From a virus (lineage: Duplodnaviria; Caudoviricetes): a stretch of DNA of 52,848 nt. A program made the position numbers and the translations under genes. Under the pieces are notes generated by a model, which was not told the DNA's origin, made no database searches, and worked only from the letters and a program-made list of their open reading frames with translations. Positions 37,599-48,062 of the stretch are shown piece after piece (within the stretch, counting starts at the first letter, position 1; each line of letters opens with the position of its first letter). The stretch covers positions 1 through 52,848 of the IMG/VR virus record IMGVR_UViG_3300007960_008803; one strand, written 5' to 3'.

Positions 37599-40500
37599 AT
37601 GTCAACACCATTAGATTTTGTAGGTTTAAATACACTAATAACAAAAAATGAAGATTTAAAAGCAGAAAACAAAGTAACAAATTATGATAAACCAAGATTA
37701 GACTATATCATTGATGCTACTAATGGATCTAAAAACTTATCTGCAATCGAATTGGGAAAAACGATAGAAGAATTGGAAGCTAAACATGGTAAATTGATAG
37801 GAAGCAAGATCAATGGAAGACAATATTTAAACGATTCTTATAGTACTTTTGTGACAAGTTTTAAAGGCGGAGGTAAAAATTTAACTTTCGAAATTACTTT
37901 TAATTATAATGGCTGGACTCCAGTAGAGGGCTCTGCGAGTAATACAACCACGGCCTTTTTATATGGTTCTGAAGGTTCTTCATTATTTACTTTATTTGAT
38001 CGACTTTTGGTCATATTACCAATTACAGGAATTGGAGATACAATAGCCCTTGCCACTGAAGGAGCTTCTGCCGGCGGTAGTTATACACGACCGCGAGTAA
38101 TTTGGCCTTTTGATATTTCTTCATACAAGTCCGGAGATATCAAACTAACTATTGTCCTATATAGCGACGAAGAAAATTTCTACAAGTCTTCAAAATCTGG
38201 TAAGTTTAGCTCACAGGAAAGAAAATATGCAATCTATGTTAACGGACAAGAACTAGGAACACCACTGATCTATTCTAGTGTTGACGCTCTTGAAAGTGCT
38301 TACAAAGGTTTGTCTCTTTTGTTGTTAGAATATATACAAGGGGTTAGTACTCCTTCTATTGGTAGCGACCTCAACGATTACGCGGGACTTGGCTATGAAT
38401 ATATCGTTGATGCATTTGCCGGAAAAATTAAATCAATAATCGTATGGGATGAAGCGATTGAGGACAACCTAATAGAAGAACTAAACAACAGAAGTTTAGA
38501 ATATTATTACAAAAGAAATAATGGAATAGATGTTGGAGAAACACAAATACCAAAAGAGAGTTTTATCACATACGATAACACAATTATAGAAAAATCAATT
38601 AATGAAATATCACATCACAACTCAATAGCAAGTATTGTAAGTTCTCAAGGAGAACAAGTTTTACTTTCTGCTGTTTTAAACAACATTAATGGTCCATACG
38701 GATATTCTTCATTTAAGCAATTAAGAGCATCTCAAAATTGGCTTATGAGAGCTTACAACAAAGATAATACATTTTCTTTTGTTTCTGAAAAAGGTGATAC
38801 AATAACCGTCACAAAAGACGGAAAAATTTTGTCAACTCATAAAACAAAATACGGAGACATTCAAAATCTTACGGAAACTCCTGTGTCTGAACAACACAAA
38901 CCTTTGGAGATGATTGCAACAATATCTGATGGTTTTGACGATGAGAAACTTTCTATCAAAGGAACTTACTCGAATGAAACTCAATTCTTTAAAAATAAAG
39001 TAATAAATGTTGAAACATCTCGAGAAATAGAAGACTCTGAAACTTACGAGGATTTAAAAGCTTTAACTGACACAGAAACAACCCCTCTTAAATCATTTGA
39101 TAAATTAACACTTAAGCAATCTGTGTTTCCAAAAAACATTTATACACACTCTAGAAACCACAGAACAAGACCAGCATACTCTTCAAAAATATGGAGAGAT
39201 CAAAGAGCTTCAAGAACAGAATTGGGCTTAAATAATGGTTTTGGTTATTATACACCTTCACAATCTTTCTGGCCTCTTGATGCCGAGGAAAACTTCACAA
39301 CTCTTCCAACAACAAATTACTATGGAGGAGCTTTAGGGTACAATTCTTCTGGAGCCGCTGGTGTTCTTCAAAATTCCTATTCTTTATTTGCAACATCATC
39401 TGATCTTTCTGGTGTTGAAATAGACAATGTTGTTTCTGCTTCAATATTGTATGCAAGACCTCACACTTTAACATCTTCAACTTCAGTTAAAAATCCTTTC
39501 TTTACAAACCTTTCAGGTGGAACCATTGGTGATTGTTCCAAATTCACAGGACATGCAGCTTGGGAAGCAGGAGACATGGCAGGTTTTTTTAATACCGATG
39601 GAAACTTTCAGTTGTCTCCAAAAAAACCTTTCCCAGATTCATATGATGAATGGGCGGAATCTTTTCGAGGTCTAGGAAAGGGTTATTCAGTTGTTCCTGA
39701 GTTTAGAATTTCTGATCATGTAAATCATTATTTGACAAACGGTTTTACTTCGCAGAAATTGGACTTTCTTGATGTTAAAGGTGGAAACCAAGATTATGCA
39801 AAGTCTTCCGACCAAGACTTTTTTAAAGTTTATTCAACAACAGATTTTCTCAAGAACTTTGAGATTGTAAAAGAAGATTTCAAAAACAAAGCAGCTCCAA
39901 CAGGAATCACACTTAGATGCAAAGCAATAAAAAAGTTTTTGCCTTATGAAGGGTTCTATCCTTGTCAAAGAACTGTTGATTTAGCAAAACAATTTTATGA
40001 TTCATATGGTTTCTTTATTTCGGGATCATCATGGAATGAGCATGAGTTAGGATATACTGTCTCAGGAGCAATTGCAGATGTATCTTCAACATCAAAATAT
40101 ATAGCTCAGCCACTAATAACACCTTTGTTTTCACCTGGGATTTTATTTAATTCAATAAAATCAGGAATTGCATGTGACTTTCCTATTTTTGATTATCCGT
40201 ACGTAACAGGAAGTGTAACTCCTAGTCTTGATGGTCCATTTATTTCTTCTGAGATAAGAAAAAGAATTCCATTTGAAGCGTTAATGGAACCTGAAAAACA
40301 TTTGGCTAATTTTGAAATACATTCGATTGATCCTGATATACAATCACCAAAGATAAAATCAACTTGGACAGGCCAAGGAGATAATCTTTATAAATTGATG
40401 ATAAACAACTTTGTCTCTGAGATTGGTGATTTCTTTTTAGAAAATGAAAGACACACGACAATCACTTCTTTACCAGAAGGAGATCCAAACTTTGGAAATG

Positions 40501-42158
40501 TTCAACCGGGTAAAATCTATGGAATGAGAATAAAAATGTTTCGTTCTATTTCCGGGTCGAAAGGTGTGTACATTGATCATGAAGGTGATGTTTATGGCAT
40601 ACCTCAAGACAATGGAGAAATGGGAGAAACATTCACTATGTATTCAAGGCCCTCTGCGTTCGGCCCTCCTGTTGCTAGAATAGTTAATTCAAGTGCAAAT
40701 AATTTTCGAGCTATTAACTGGGCTAAATTCAAATTTGAAGGATCAATAGATTTTAGCTACCCAGGACCAGACACAGCAAGATCCATATCTCTACCACCAG
40801 GATATGGCTATAGTAGTATCGGTCCAGAAGATGGTTATAATTGGCCTTTTACACCTCCTTATTATCATGGAGAAGCTTGGGCAGATATATTTTTTCAGCC
40901 CCCATCAGGTGCAAAAAAATACTCATTATCAGAAATTATTAATAACTCTTCTGTAGAATTTTTTAGACACTACACTACTTCCTCCGTATCGGATTCAAAT
41001 TTGTCTAGTGGAATAAGTTTTCCTTCACTAATGATAAATGATCAAGCAATGCAAATTCCTTCTTCTATGAATATTTTTTCTAGAGGTATTCTTCGAGAAG
41101 ACTCAGAGAACCTTACAATTAATACACAAATAGAGTCTAAATATCGATGGATTATTCAATCAAAATGGGAAACACCAACACTTAACTTCAATCATTTATC
41201 TCATGAAGATTTAACTATGCCTCCATCTCACGCAACAGCATCTGTTCCAATTGGAATGTGGCACCAATACGGCCGGCTCCCTCAAAGGACTGATGAGGGA
41301 ATTTTTATACAAGTAACTGATATTCCGTCAAACTGGATTGAGGGAGCTATGTCAGGTAGTGTTAACACCACTGGTTCTCTTGTCGACCTTTGTGGATTTT
41401 CAACAGATCCAATCAGAGTTGGAGAGATTAAAAATACAAAAACTATCGAAGAAGCTGTTGTTGCTGTTCCTTTTGTTAATCGCAATGGATTTAGAGAGTT
41501 CTTTAAATTAAACAAAGAAGATATCTATCGTGCTATCAATGGAATAGAAGAAGCTGTTGGTCCAACCGTATTCAAACTAACTCAACAATTAGACAAATAC
41601 GTATTTCCTCCACAATTTGATTATAAAAGAAATAAAGATATTACACCTGTTGCAATGTATGTGTTTGAGTTTTCTCACGAATTTACCAAGCAAGACCTTG
41701 CAGATATTTGGCAGAACCTGCCTCCAAAGCTTGGAGAAGTTCACGAAACAGCAGAGGCAACAGTATCTCACGCTCTTTTTGCAGAAGAGTTCCTGGGAAA
41801 AGGAGCAGATCCAAAGAAAACCGAAAACGGAATTGAAAGAAATATCGTATCAGAATTAACAGATTTGCCATCAGATATCCAATGGATGGTTTTCAAAGTC
41901 AAGAAAAGAGCAAAATCGAATTACTTTGAGAAAATGTTTCAAAGAAACGAATCAAGAGATTCGGATGGAAACACCAACTTTACCGTTGACTCAACAGGTA
42001 AAAAATCAGATGTATCTTACAATTGGCCTTATGATTTCTTTTCTATGGTTGAACTAATTAAATTAGATGCAGAGGTGGAATTTTCTAACGTTGACGAACA
42101 AAAGTCAAAACAAGAAAAGAAGCTTGTGACAAAGCCATATATATTTAGAGAAGATTAA
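37599..42158 (+). CDS. Large putative virion/tail protein with N-proximal LamG-like domain
   Basis: IYVNGQ...FAGKIKSIIVWDEAIE...IEEL pattern; Ser/Thr/Gly-rich. Start moved to ATG 37599 (GGAG at 37589-37592). Confidence 0.7.
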   Translation: MSTPLDFVGLNTLITKNEDLKAENKVTNYDKPRLDYIIDATNGSKNLSAIELGKTIEELEAKHGKLIGSKINGRQYLNDSYSTFVTSFKGGGKNLTFEITFNYNGWTPVEGSASNTTTAFLYGSEGSSLFTLFDRLLVILPITGIGDTIALATEGASAGGSYTRPRVIWPFDISSYKSGDIKLTIVLYSDEENFYKSSKSGKFSSQERKYAIYVNGQELGTPLIYSSVDALESAYKGLSLLLLEYIQGVSTPSIGSDLNDYAGLGYEYIVDAFAGKIKSIIVWDEAIEDNLIEELNNRSLEYYYKRNNGIDVGETQIPKESFITYDNTIIEKSINEISHHNSIASIVSSQGEQVLLSAVLNNINGPYGYSSFKQLRASQNWLMRAYNKDNTFSFVSEKGDTITVTKDGKILSTHKTKYGDIQNLTETPVSEQHKPLEMIATISDGFDDEKLSIKGTYSNETQFFKNKVINVETSREIEDSETYEDLKALTDTETTPLKSFDKLTLKQSVFPKNIYTHSRNHRTRPAYSSKIWRDQRASRTELGLNNGFGYYTPSQSFWPLDAEENFTTLPTTNYYGGALGYNSSGAAGVLQNSYSLFATSSDLSGVEIDNVVSASILYARPHTLTSSTSVKNPFFTNLSGGTIGDCSKFTGHAAWEAGDMAGFFNTDGNFQLSPKKPFPDSYDEWAESFRGLGKGYSVVPEFRISDHVNHYLTNGFTSQKLDFLDVKGGNQDYAKSSDQDFFKVYSTTDFLKNFEIVKEDFKNKAAPTGITLRCKAIKKFLPYEGFYPCQRTVDLAKQFYDSYGFFISGSSWNEHELGYTVSGAIADVSSTSKYIAQPLITPLFSPGILFNSIKSGIACDFPIFDYPYVTGSVTPSLDGPFISSEIRKRIPFEALMEPEKHLANFEIHSIDPDIQSPKIKSTWTGQGDNLYKLMINNFVSEIGDFFLENERHTTITSLPEGDPNFGNVQPGKIYGMRIKMFRSISGSKGVYIDHEGDVYGIPQDNGEMGETFTMYSRPSAFGPPVARIVNSSANNFRAINWAKFKFEGSIDFSYPGPDTARSISLPPGYGYSSIGPEDGYNWPFTPPYYHGEAWADIFFQPPSGAKKYSLSEIINNSSVEFFRHYTTSSVSDSNLSSGISFPSLMINDQAMQIPSSMNIFSRGILREDSENLTINTQIESKYRWIIQSKWETPTLNFNHLSHEDLTMPPSHATASVPIGMWHQYGRLPQRTDEGIFIQVTDIPSNWIEGAMSGSVNTTGSLVDLCGFSTDPIRVGEIKNTKTIEEAVVAVPFVNRNGFREFFKLNKEDIYRAINGIEEAVGPTVFKLTQQLDKYVFPPQFDYKRNKDITPVAMYVFEFSHEFTKQDLADIWQNLPPKLGEVHETAEATVSHALFAEEFLGKGADPKKTENGIERNIVSELTDLPSDIQWMVFKVKKRAKSNYFEKMFQRNESRDSDGNTNFTVDSTGKKSDVSYNWPYDFFSMVELIKLDAEVEFSNVDEQKSKQEKKLVTKPYIFRED

Positions 42159-43258
42159 TGTCATTTTTTGATAAGAAAGAAGAAGTATTGGACCTCAAGC
42201 TAACGCCTTACGGAAGACATCTGTTGTCCAAAGGCAAATTGAAGCCTGTTTATTATGCTTTTCTTGATGATGATATTATTTATGACTCTGATGCTGCTAA
42301 CTTCACAGAATCAAATGACGAAATAAAAGCAAGGATTATTGATGAAACTCCTTCGCTAAAGCCTCATTATACCATGAATTCCGTTGAGACCACAATAAAT
42401 GATAATGAATATGACGAAATAGATTATGATGATCAAGCAGCTCTTGACGCTCTAACTCAACCATACGACAAATACAGTCCTTTATCAGACTTAAACACAA
42501 AATTCCTTCAGAATACCATTGGAACATCCAATTCCTCAAAGAAAAATGCCCCATTTTGGGACGTTCTCAATCTCCGAGGGGAAATCACTAAGGCAACAAG
42601 AACAACGAATTCTGAGGTGTCCTCGTCCGTTGAATACCAAAATGATATTGATACTCCATCTTTGGTTACTAACATACCACAAATTGATGTTGAGATTGAA
42701 TATTTTGCAACATTAAAAAGATCTTCAGATGCAGATTATCTAGAGATAACTAACAAACTATCTTCCTTAAATCTTCCTCCACCAGAAGTCGAAGCAGATG
42801 GAACCTATATTTACATTCAAGAAGATCAATTATTGTCAAGAATATATGAAAGAAATGCTTTTGAATTTGACGAAGCTTTTGATATTCAAGTGTTCAAGTA
42901 TGTTCAAGAAGGAAACGCAAATACCTCAAACAATTGGAAACAGCTAAAATTCTTAAACAAACCAAAGAGAATTATTAAAGATATCTTGATGGATGAAGAA
43001 GAGCAAGAAGAATTCATAGAACTTGAAACAACACCAGACGTTGTTGAGTATTATTTTGATCTTAGAGTTGATGAAGAAATTGCAATAAAAGATATCTGTC
43101 AAGCGGTTGCTCAACTTGAAGGAGTCGACGATATTACGCTTGATCTTGGAATAGATATTGATATCGATTGCAAAGATCTTATTCTTACACCAGATAGTGG
43201 CGGTGGAGGTCCTGATAAGTGTGCTGACGATGTATGTGATGACGAGGTGGAATCATGA
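42158..43258 (+). CDS. Putative virion protein; N-terminus paralogous to 48063
   Basis: LDLKLTPYGRHLLSKG....YYAFLDDDIIY aligns with LDAVLTDHGRKVLAKG....KFALGDEEIDY; very acidic, Cys-containing C-terminus. Confidence 0.7.
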   Translation: MSFFDKKEEVLDLKLTPYGRHLLSKGKLKPVYYAFLDDDIIYDSDAANFTESNDEIKARIIDETPSLKPHYTMNSVETTINDNEYDEIDYDDQAALDALTQPYDKYSPLSDLNTKFLQNTIGTSNSSKKNAPFWDVLNLRGEITKATRTTNSEVSSSVEYQNDIDTPSLVTNIPQIDVEIEYFATLKRSSDADYLEITNKLSSLNLPPPEVEADGTYIYIQEDQLLSRIYERNAFEFDEAFDIQVFKYVQEGNANTSNNWKQLKFLNKPKRIIKDILMDEEEQEEFIELETTPDVVEYYFDLRVDEEIAIKDICQAVAQLEGVDDITLDLGIDIDIDCKDLILTPDSGGGGPDKCADDVCDDEVES

Positions 43259-46200
43259 TTTTAGATTTAATTGGTGAAGAAAATCTTCCAAATGTTTATT
43301 TTGATTCCATCGAAATAGATGCTGTAAACCATGCTGGAAAAACAAGACAAGATATGGGAGCTCACCTGAAGGTCTCATTGAAAGTGTATGATGGTTTAAA
43401 TCATTTAGGCATTCCTTATTTTTCTGATTTTAAAACAAATCCAAAGAAAACAATACTTTTGGTATTGTCGAAAGATCCTAAATTTACACAAGTCTTAACA
43501 GAACAAGGCGGTGTGTTAAATCCTAGAAAACTTAGAAGTTTGCCTGGATATGATCCATCAAAAGTCGAATATCAAGTCTTGTCCTCTCGGCGCGTCAAGC
43601 TAAGTAAAGAAGAAGAAACAGAGATCTATTATAATGTAAAATTTAAATTAGGATCTAAAGAAGATCATGCTGCGTTGTTTACTTGCATTTACAAAGAAAT
43701 AAGAGACGATTACACAAACGGCCCAGTCACATCAGAGTTGGTCTTAATCGAAGGAAAAACGGTCAAGAAAGCTTTCTATTTTGTTGAAAGGGGTACAAGC
43801 CGAGTTTGGAATGGACCGGTCCACAAACACCCTTCTCGTGGCTTTATGGGTGGTTCTTACCACACCTCTGAACAACATCCTTTGCTTGATCGAATAGGTA
43901 CAGCAAATTTAAAGATCAAAGACAAAAGAGTGCAAAGCTCACAATTAAGTTTGCCTACAAAAGAATATAATAAAGATAAGAAAAATTTAACAAACTATCA
44001 TTTTGGAGAATTGGTTCATTCTCAAAGCGAAAATGGAGGTTTTAATTTTATCTTTGACATAAACAAATTTCAAATAATGAAGGACTATTCTTTAAACAAA
44101 AAGATGACAATGATAAATGAAGACTTATTCTATAACCTTTCAATGAGGTCAAGAATTAAAGATTTCTCTATTTTCTATAACACAAAAACAAATAAAGAAT
44201 TTAAACGTATCTCTAAGTCAATGGAAGTCAATGGACTTCTTAAAACCATGTACACTGATGTTAGAGGTAACGAAACAAGAATGTTAAGTAACAGAGATGA
44301 TAGAGTAGGTAAGATAGAAGCTATCGTTGAGGAATTAGTTCTAAACAGAGAGAATGAATTAAGAACTTTTAATTGTCAAATAAACAAAAAACAAATTTAT
44401 CAAATTAAAGTTGTAATAGAGTTTGACGATTCAACAATAAACTACCTTAAAAGTTTACAAAGAGAAATAGAGAAATCAAAAGCAAACTTGACAAAGTACC
44501 ATGCTCTTCTCAAGAAGCCAATAAATTATGACAAAGATAGAATGAAAACAAGCACAATATTTAGAGAAAATTATTCTAGAAGAATTGAACTGTGGTATTC
44601 TCCGATAAAAACGTTTGAAAAGATAATTAATATCAATACAAAAATACCTCAACAAGAGAAACAAGAATTGTTGTCAAACATTTTCAATATGTTAAATCCA
44701 AGAGCGGTCACACCTGATAGTTGCGAGAAAGTTATTAATTTTTATTCTAAAGAAGCAGAAAGGTTTTTAAAGTTATATAACATTAGGAAAAATGATAAAT
44801 TTGGCAAAGGTCGAACAAATGCAAAACCTAATCTTGATAAAAACACAGTTCAAGTCAAAAAGGTCTACAAAGTTAATTTCAAAACAAATCCAAGAACTTT
44901 AGATATGTTCCCAACTACAGATGCAGACAAACAGATTCCATTGGTCAGAGTTTCCAGTTTGATACAATTGTTAACAGCAGAAGCGGAAAGATACGAGGTC
45001 AACACTAGTGAGTTTGAAAATATTAGAAATCTAGATAGAGATGTGTTGTACCTAGGCCCTAGGGCCATTAATTTCAAGAATAATAGATACGATACGGAAC
45101 AACTAAAGAACATAGAAGAAGAAAAGATCAAGACAATTGTTGAAGAATCAAACAAAAAACTAGATTTTAATTTAGGATTTTCAAGACTTTTAGTGCAAAG
45201 ATATGTTGAAGACAAAGCTGAAACAATTGATCCTGTTAAGCAACTAGGAGAAGACTCACCTTTTCAAACTAATTTAGATTCTAAAGATAAAGTTAAAGAA
45301 AGAGTAAGAACTTCTTTAAATGCAACCAATTTAACTTCAGTGTCTAAAAGTAGAACGATGGGTTACAACAAAAACAAAAAGCTTTTTGCAAAAGACAAAG
45401 ATGGTAATATATTTTCTTCAAAGGGTTCGACACAAATCCAAAGAATTCCTGTTCATCTCAAAGATCTTACTTACAAAGATGAAATATATGGTGTTGATAA
45501 GAATGAATTCTTGAAAAACCAACCAAACAAGAAAAGCTTAATGTATGAAAATATCTACAAATTAGAGATTCTATCTGAAGCTGAAGAAGATAAAAGAAAT
45601 AGAGTTATGATGAATAGCAGAAACCCTATCGAGAGAAGTTTAGCTCAATTACGAAGACTGGATAAGCCTACATATTGTATTTTAAGCAAATATATAGAAA
45701 ATGATGTTGTTGTCGAGGACAACGAGTTTAATCGTTTTGCTGCGGTGAACACTTGTGTACTTATAATACCTGACAATTGGGACTTTACCAGAGAAGAATT
45801 ACAAGAATACAACGGTTCTAATACATTAGCGATACTTTATGACCAAATGATAAACACAATAGATTTAGAAGAATCATTTATAAGAACTAGCCTAGTTATT
45901 CAGAGTGAAGATAGAGAGCCAATCAAGATAGTCAAAAGAGCAGGAAGCTCTAGAAGACCTTTGATATCTAAGCCAAAAACGGGTAGGGTTGAAAAGATTA
46001 CGAATAAACAACAAATAGAACAAAAGAAAGAACAAGAGATAAAAATCAAGGAAGCGAATAAAATAAAGCCAAAAGAAGAGCCAAAGAAACCTACACGCAA
46101 GCAAATTAAAGATAGTAGAAAACAAAGAGAAAAGGCTAAACAACCTTTAAATAATAGAACTGAGACACAGCCAACTACAAGAACTAATACATCTAGACAA

Positions 46201-46269
46201 CAATCAAGCGAAAACACAAGACAACCAACTAGAAGAACAAATAGAACAGGAAGAAGACGTGGTTATTAA
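43255..46269 (+). CDS. Hypothetical (probably virion-associated) protein with His cluster and basic low-complexity tail
   Basis: WNGPVHKH....MGGSYH....HP motif; K/R/T/Q-rich last ~110 aa. Confidence 0.7.
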   Translation: MILDLIGEENLPNVYFDSIEIDAVNHAGKTRQDMGAHLKVSLKVYDGLNHLGIPYFSDFKTNPKKTILLVLSKDPKFTQVLTEQGGVLNPRKLRSLPGYDPSKVEYQVLSSRRVKLSKEEETEIYYNVKFKLGSKEDHAALFTCIYKEIRDDYTNGPVTSELVLIEGKTVKKAFYFVERGTSRVWNGPVHKHPSRGFMGGSYHTSEQHPLLDRIGTANLKIKDKRVQSSQLSLPTKEYNKDKKNLTNYHFGELVHSQSENGGFNFIFDINKFQIMKDYSLNKKMTMINEDLFYNLSMRSRIKDFSIFYNTKTNKEFKRISKSMEVNGLLKTMYTDVRGNETRMLSNRDDRVGKIEAIVEELVLNRENELRTFNCQINKKQIYQIKVVIEFDDSTINYLKSLQREIEKSKANLTKYHALLKKPINYDKDRMKTSTIFRENYSRRIELWYSPIKTFEKIININTKIPQQEKQELLSNIFNMLNPRAVTPDSCEKVINFYSKEAERFLKLYNIRKNDKFGKGRTNAKPNLDKNTVQVKKVYKVNFKTNPRTLDMFPTTDADKQIPLVRVSSLIQLLTAEAERYEVNTSEFENIRNLDRDVLYLGPRAINFKNNRYDTEQLKNIEEEKIKTIVEESNKKLDFNLGFSRLLVQRYVEDKAETIDPVKQLGEDSPFQTNLDSKDKVKERVRTSLNATNLTSVSKSRTMGYNKNKKLFAKDKDGNIFSSKGSTQIQRIPVHLKDLTYKDEIYGVDKNEFLKNQPNKKSLMYENIYKLEILSEAEEDKRNRVMMNSRNPIERSLAQLRRLDKPTYCILSKYIENDVVVEDNEFNRFAAVNTCVLIIPDNWDFTREELQEYNGSNTLAILYDQMINTIDLEESFIRTSLVIQSEDREPIKIVKRAGSSRRPLISKPKTGRVEKITNKQQIEQKKEQEIKIKEANKIKPKEEPKKPTRKQIKDSRKQREKAKQPLNNRTETQPTTRTNTSRQQSSENTRQPTRRTNRTGRRRGY

Positions 46270-48031
46270 GATTAAATCTGAAATTGGTAATATAAATTTT
46301 GGAAATTTTGGAGGAATATTTGATGTTAATATTCCTCAACCTGGAATATTAATAAAACCAGTATTTGAATACATTAGTAAACAATTTGAAGATTATTCTG
46401 ATGTTTTGTCATCAGAATTGCAATTACCAAACTGCTATTTAGAAACCAGTTTTAATCCAAATGATCATTCGGAACTTGAAAAATTGGTTCTTTTCGACAC
46501 AAATACGTTGTCAATAAAGCCCGAAGATCCTGACAGAAGAAGGTATTTTATAGATTTTAATTTTTTTAGAAGTTTTGATGGAGATTCTCCTCCTGTTGTC
46601 AATGATTTAACAGGAGATGCAACAAGATTTGAAAATATTGTATTAACATCTTACTCACCTTTTTACATAAACGGCCCTTCAATTGGAAAAGTTTTTCCAA
46701 ATAAAATTAATATTAAAATATCAAACTTGGGAACAACACCAATACAAATTGGAAATAATTTTAAAAAGTTTTTGCGTGAAAATAAATACATGTATAAATT
46801 TCTTGCTGATATGGTTCAAGGAGTATCTCCACTAAAACAAAGAGATGTACTTCTAAACAATGAACTAGTAACATTAAATTATTATGATCTTGTTGGTTTT
46901 AGCTCACCAGAAATAGACGATAAATGGTTTGATAATCATGTGGCTTTAATAAAACCAGAAGAAAAAGAGATAGATATAGATCTTTACAATGGAGACATAA
47001 GTGTTCAATCCTTTTATCATAATGGAGAAATTGTTTTTGTAAGAATAAACAAAACTGGTGAGGGAATAAATCAAAATTTTTGGGTTTATCCTAATTCTGA
47101 TGGTATAGTTAATTTTTGCGATACACAAGTAAAGATAGAAAAAGATTACACGTACAAAGCTTTTGCATATGTTTTAATCAACGAAGATATGACGTCTGTT
47201 TATAATGGAGAAATTTCAAGACCAAAACTTTATGAAATTCAAATAAGTGACGAAATTGTAGCCAAAGTAATGCAACCACCTCACCCAAGACCTCAAGTAG
47301 AATTTAAAAATATTAAAAACAAAAAAGACAAGATAAAAGTTATGCTTAATTTATCCTCGAATGAATATAAAAGTCTAAACTACAGAGGTGTATCTCAATC
47401 TGAGGAGGAAGATTTTGATTTAAATTATGCAAAATACGATCCATTCTCCACAAGAGATTCTTGCTTTCAATATGAAACAGAAAGAGGAAAATTCCAAATT
47501 TTCAAAATGGAAAAACATCCAACAAGTTATTATGACATTGGATCTAATGCTTCCTCATTCAATGTAGAATCAGATAAATCAACTATGGCTCATTTTCAAG
47601 ATACAATTGAACCATTTAAAGATTATTACTACATGATAAGAAGTTTCAACACATATGGATACTATTCCAATCCCTCGCCAATTTACAAAGTACATATGAC
47701 AAAAGACGCAAATGATACTTTCTTGCACGTTGAAACCGTTGACTTTCATGTTTCGGATCAAAACAAATATATGCTTGAGAAAACAATGGCAAAACTATTA
47801 CAAGTTGTCCCTTCAAGTTATCAAACAACTTTAGTCACATCTGAGGAGTTTGGAGGATATGGTCAAGAAACAAATTCCAACAATTTACCAGATCTTGGAA
47901 TTGTTGATAAAAAAATATGGGATACAAACACAAAATTCAAATTAAGATTAGTTTCTAGAAAAACAGGAAAGAAAATTGATTTTAACTTGAATTTTAAATT
48001 AACAAAACAAATTACTCAAAATACTGAGTAA
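46259..48031 (+). CDS. Putative virion protein with fibronectin type III-like modules
   Basis: FCDTQVK.EKDYTYKAFA and FQDTIEPFKDYYYMIRSFNTYG..SNPS resemble FN3 C-terminal strands. GTG start. Confidence 0.6.
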   Translation: MVIKIKSEIGNINFGNFGGIFDVNIPQPGILIKPVFEYISKQFEDYSDVLSSELQLPNCYLETSFNPNDHSELEKLVLFDTNTLSIKPEDPDRRRYFIDFNFFRSFDGDSPPVVNDLTGDATRFENIVLTSYSPFYINGPSIGKVFPNKINIKISNLGTTPIQIGNNFKKFLRENKYMYKFLADMVQGVSPLKQRDVLLNNELVTLNYYDLVGFSSPEIDDKWFDNHVALIKPEEKEIDIDLYNGDISVQSFYHNGEIVFVRINKTGEGINQNFWVYPNSDGIVNFCDTQVKIEKDYTYKAFAYVLINEDMTSVYNGEISRPKLYEIQISDEIVAKVMQPPHPRPQVEFKNIKNKKDKIKVMLNLSSNEYKSLNYRGVSQSEEEDFDLNYAKYDPFSTRDSCFQYETERGKFQIFKMEKHPTSYYDIGSNASSFNVESDKSTMAHFQDTIEPFKDYYYMIRSFNTYGYYSNPSPIYKVHMTKDANDTFLHVETVDFHVSDQNKYMLEKTMAKLLQVVPSSYQTTLVTSEEFGGYGQETNSNNLPDLGIVDKKIWDTNTKFKLRLVSRKTGKKIDFNLNFKLTKQITQNTE

Positions 48032-48033
48032 TA

Positions 48034-48041
48034 CTATTTAT
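48034..48041 (+). promoter_or_regulatory. Candidate late-promoter motif CTATTTAT
   Basis: Intergenic ACTATTTATTAT followed by AGGGAG RBS and ATG 48063. Confidence 0.5.
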
Positions 48042-48062
48042 TATAACATTAGGGAGAAATTT

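Noticed and set aside
37587-37601. Programmed frameshift fusing 32510..37597 to the next giant ORF
   Set aside because: A GGAG and an ATG at 37599 follow the TAG directly, which fits ordinary reinitiation; no slippery heptamer seen.
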